DNA of 64,000 nucleotides from Bacteroidales bacterium (GTDB lineage Bacteria > Bacteroidota > Bacteroidia > Bacteroidales > UBA6680): NCBI GenBank assembly GCA_025210735.1, contig JAOARD010000032.1, forward strand, positions 5,345 through 69,344, written 5' to 3'. Made by a program: the position numbers and the translations under genes. Below the pieces are notes generated by a model, which saw only the letters and a list, made by a program, of their open reading frames with translations, made no database searches and was not told where the DNA came from. Shown here piece after piece: positions 61,550 to 64,000 of the stretch; the first letter of the stretch is position 1, and each line of letters starts with the position of its first letter.

Positions 61550-62422
61550 TTAATTTACAATTAAGTATCTACTACTCATCCACCCGGATAGTTTGTAATT
61601 ATTGCTGTAGTCAAAGCCGGATTCAAAGATAGATTTTATTGGATTGATATTATTATTCATAATTACATACCACCATTTTCTTCCGGTATTATCATACTTT
61701 TCAGCTATGGCATAACCTGTAGAGTTTTTAGGATATATTGCAAGTGTATTACCTTTAATCTTTTGCATAAATCTATAAGATGTATTGTCTATAAACGGAT
61801 CAGCTCTGAGAGAGTAACCATTGGTTGTTACTATAAATTCTATATTTGTGGTTAGATAATTATCAGGAGCTGTGCATTGGTTATACAAAGCTATATCGTC
61901 TGATTTTATATATCTGAAAATTTTGCTGTTACTATCGGGAATGTATTTGTATATGTGATCGAATTCTCCGAGACAACAGGCATAGTTATGAATTGTGATC
62001 TCAAGACCTCTCTTTGTGGTATATTCAGATAGTTCGATAATATTACCCTGCGCAGTTAATTTCTCCTGATATCCGGTTCCTGTATTCATACAACATATAA
62101 CAAAATTTGTTTCTGCACCTCCCGGATTACCATAAAATATAATATCAGTTAATCCATCAGAGTTAAAGTCAACAGGATTTAAGGAGTTCTTATACAGGTT
62201 AAAATTATCAGCTACATGATCCAGATAGTTTATGTTTTTAAGTTTTTTTACCTCTTGTCGCAATTTATCATCAGATATATCTGTTTTCCACCCACACCAA
62301 TCTATATCAGTACTCATATTTAACTCTTTACCAAGAACCTTTTTAATAACCTGCGCATTACAAGATATGGTTGTTATAAATAGAGTGGTATATAGTATTA
62401 GTTTAAATCTATGTTTTAGCAT
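61550..62422 (-). CDS. Hypothetical exported protein / lipoprotein
   Basis: Signal with ISC; DFNSDGLTD; SH3-like C-terminus WWYV...GWMS. Confidence 0.7.
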   Translation of the reverse strand: MLKHRFKLILYTTLFITTISCNAQVIKKVLGKELNMSTDIDWCGWKTDISDDKLRQEVKKLKNINYLDHVADNFNLYKNSLNPVDFNSDGLTDIIFYGNPGGAETNFVICCMNTGTGYQEKLTAQGNIIELSEYTTKRGLEITIHNYACCLGEFDHIYKYIPDSNSKIFRYIKSDDIALYNQCTAPDNYLTTNIEFIVTTNGYSLRADPFIDNTSYRFMQKIKGNTLAIYPKNSTGYAIAEKYDNTGRKWWYVIMNNNINPIKSIFESGFDYSNNYKLSGWMSSRYLIVN

Positions 62423-62460
62423 ATGTTATCTAATAAAATTGGAATATAAATTTTTAGTTA

Positions 62461-63552
62461 TTAATAATTTTTCAGATTGGAGTATGCATCATCGTAAACT
62501 TCCCGAATAATCTTACCAGACTTATATTCCTTGTAATATCTTATCCAATATGATTCATAGTATAATGAAGGATCATAATATCTGGAATCAGTGTTAGCTT
62601 CTAGTTTAGCGTCTACCGTAATATCTCCATTTTGATCAAACTTTTTTAGCTTGGCTATATGAGTATAGGATTCCAGAATTCTATTTTTCTTTTGGAAAAA
62701 GAAAAACATGTTTTGGATATTCTCTACATCAAGAAATTTCATATGCCATCTTAGTATACTTTTTACTTGTCCGTTTTTATAATACTTGATTCTGCTGTTA
62801 CCATTTATGGTATATATCTTATTGCCATCTGAATCATATAAGGTTTCGGTTCTGATTCTTTGCTTTTTATATGTTGTTTCTTTTATCAGTGATCCGGATA
62901 TGTTGTAATATTTTTTCTCTTTACGAATCCAATACGGGGATTTATTTATGTGTACTTCTTTTGTAAAATATCTTATATTCCCATTAGGAGAGTAATCTCT
63001 GAAAATACGATAATTTTTTTTGTAGGTGTTTCTTTCTCTAAGAGTGCCATTATAATAGTATTTTGTAAGGTCATTAACAGGTTGTCCGTTTATAAAAGAA
63101 CCTTGCATTTTTAGATTATTATTTTCATAATAAACGGAGTTGTCTCCATTGCATCTTATATTACAACACATATACTCAGCCCATGGAGGATTACTTCTTA
63201 AATGATTTACTTCAATTAGATTGTCTCTTATTACTGTATCTATTGTTAAACCATAATTAGTTATTCTTACTTTATGAAAAGGATTTCTATTCGGAATACC
63301 ATAATAATACCCTTCAGATATATAGTAGAGACCTGTATCTTTCAAAGAAAATGAGCTGTTTTCAAAGTTATACTGTAAGTTGAATCTTTGGTTTTGTAGC
63401 TCTATTGTATCCTTATAAATCCAGATATCGAAATTAGTATGTTCATATTTGTTATTACAGGTATCTTTTTCAATTAATATATAACTAACCTCTTGTGAAT
63501 ATGTTAAAATTGAAGTGGTTATTAGTATTGTTAACAAAAGTAGTCTTTTCAT
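62461..63552 (-). CDS. MORN-like (YwqK-type) repeat exported protein
   Basis: Signal peptide; repeated YY.NG motifs. Confidence 0.7.
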   Translation of the reverse strand: MKRLLLLTILITTSILTYSQEVSYILIEKDTCNNKYEHTNFDIWIYKDTIELQNQRFNLQYNFENSSFSLKDTGLYYISEGYYYGIPNRNPFHKVRITNYGLTIDTVIRDNLIEVNHLRSNPPWAEYMCCNIRCNGDNSVYYENNNLKMQGSFINGQPVNDLTKYYYNGTLRERNTYKKNYRIFRDYSPNGNIRYFTKEVHINKSPYWIRKEKKYYNISGSLIKETTYKKQRIRTETLYDSDGNKIYTINGNSRIKYYKNGQVKSILRWHMKFLDVENIQNMFFFFQKKNRILESYTHIAKLKKFDQNGDITVDAKLEANTDSRYYDPSLYYESYWIRYYKEYKSGKIIREVYDDAYSNLKNY

Positions 63553-63646
63553 TATTAGTTACTTTTAATAGAATATCTATCTGTTTTCTTGCAAACTCTT
63601 TTAGTGCATCAAATTCTTAGATATCTGGCAAAACTACATATTTTAT

Positions 63647-63699
63647 AAAACCATACAAATAAAGCCACACATACTGTGTAGCTTTATTTGTATGGTTTT
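63647..63699. terminator. Long terminator hairpin
   Basis: AAAACCATACAAATAAAGC...GCTTTATTTGTATGGTTTT. Confidence 0.75.
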
Positions 63700-63708
63700 T
63701 TGTTAATA

Positions 63709-64000
63709 TTACTGATGAGCATTCATTGCGAGACTTCTAAGAAAACCAAAGTATTCGCCAAGTACTCCGTAATCGCTTGAATAACCAAGACGCACAACAA
63801 TAACGTTATTGTCTTTATCTACATGCATCATCTGTTTCATTATACCAACTGCCTGAAAGTTGTTCTCCGGAATACTGATACCCCATTTTTCCTCTTTCCA
63901 TCTTTTATATACGCTAAAAGTCTTAAAGCCTTTCTGTTTTGCATAGTTTACAGCACTTATCGAGTCCGGTTTGTAAATATATCCTGTACTATCAGAATAT
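63709..64000 (-). CDS. Serine hydrolase (beta-lactamase family), 3' part
   Basis: Manual translation ...FQAVGIMKQMMHVDKDNNVIVVRLG...AHQ-stop; runs off the window. Confidence 0.6.
   Translation of the reverse strand, partial: YSDSTGYIYKPDSISAVNYAKQKGFKTFSVYKRWKEEKWGISIPENNFQAVGIMKQMMHVDKDNNVIVVRLGYSSDYGVLGEYFGFLRSLAMNAHQ

Overview
AT-rich chromosomal segment of a Bacteroidota organism (inferred from a T9SS C-terminal sorting domain, TAnnTTTG promoters and gene content; probably a marine Bacteroidales/Marinilabiliales relative). It opens with housekeeping genes: a U32 peptidase fragment, nitroreductase, thrS-infC-rpmI-rplT and DPP-IV. A long accessory tract follows. It holds an SSS-amidohydrolase-M23-alanine racemase operon, a frameshifted IS110 element, a two-gene soluble + membrane pair, a 539-bp non-coding hairpin tandem repeat, an orphan immunity-like cluster (SUKH, two Imm11-like, TPR), a 21-bp periodic array and tRNA-Leu(GAG). 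Next come a ~12-kb Cys-pair-rich arsenic/sulfur cluster with two SigZ-like ECF sigmas, a large T9SS protein and assorted oxidoreductases. The most striking unexplained signal is a dispersed ~90-nt hairpin element (CAGATGAAACGA(A)GCAT...ATGCGAGTTCCATCTG plus an A-rich tail ending AAACAG-ATG). It occurs about 11 times plus degenerate copies. It sits between stop and start codons of unrelated genes, forms a gene-free tandem array, shows compensatory base changes, and one copy is interrupted by the IS110. All calls come from reading the sequence and recalling protein families; no searches were run.
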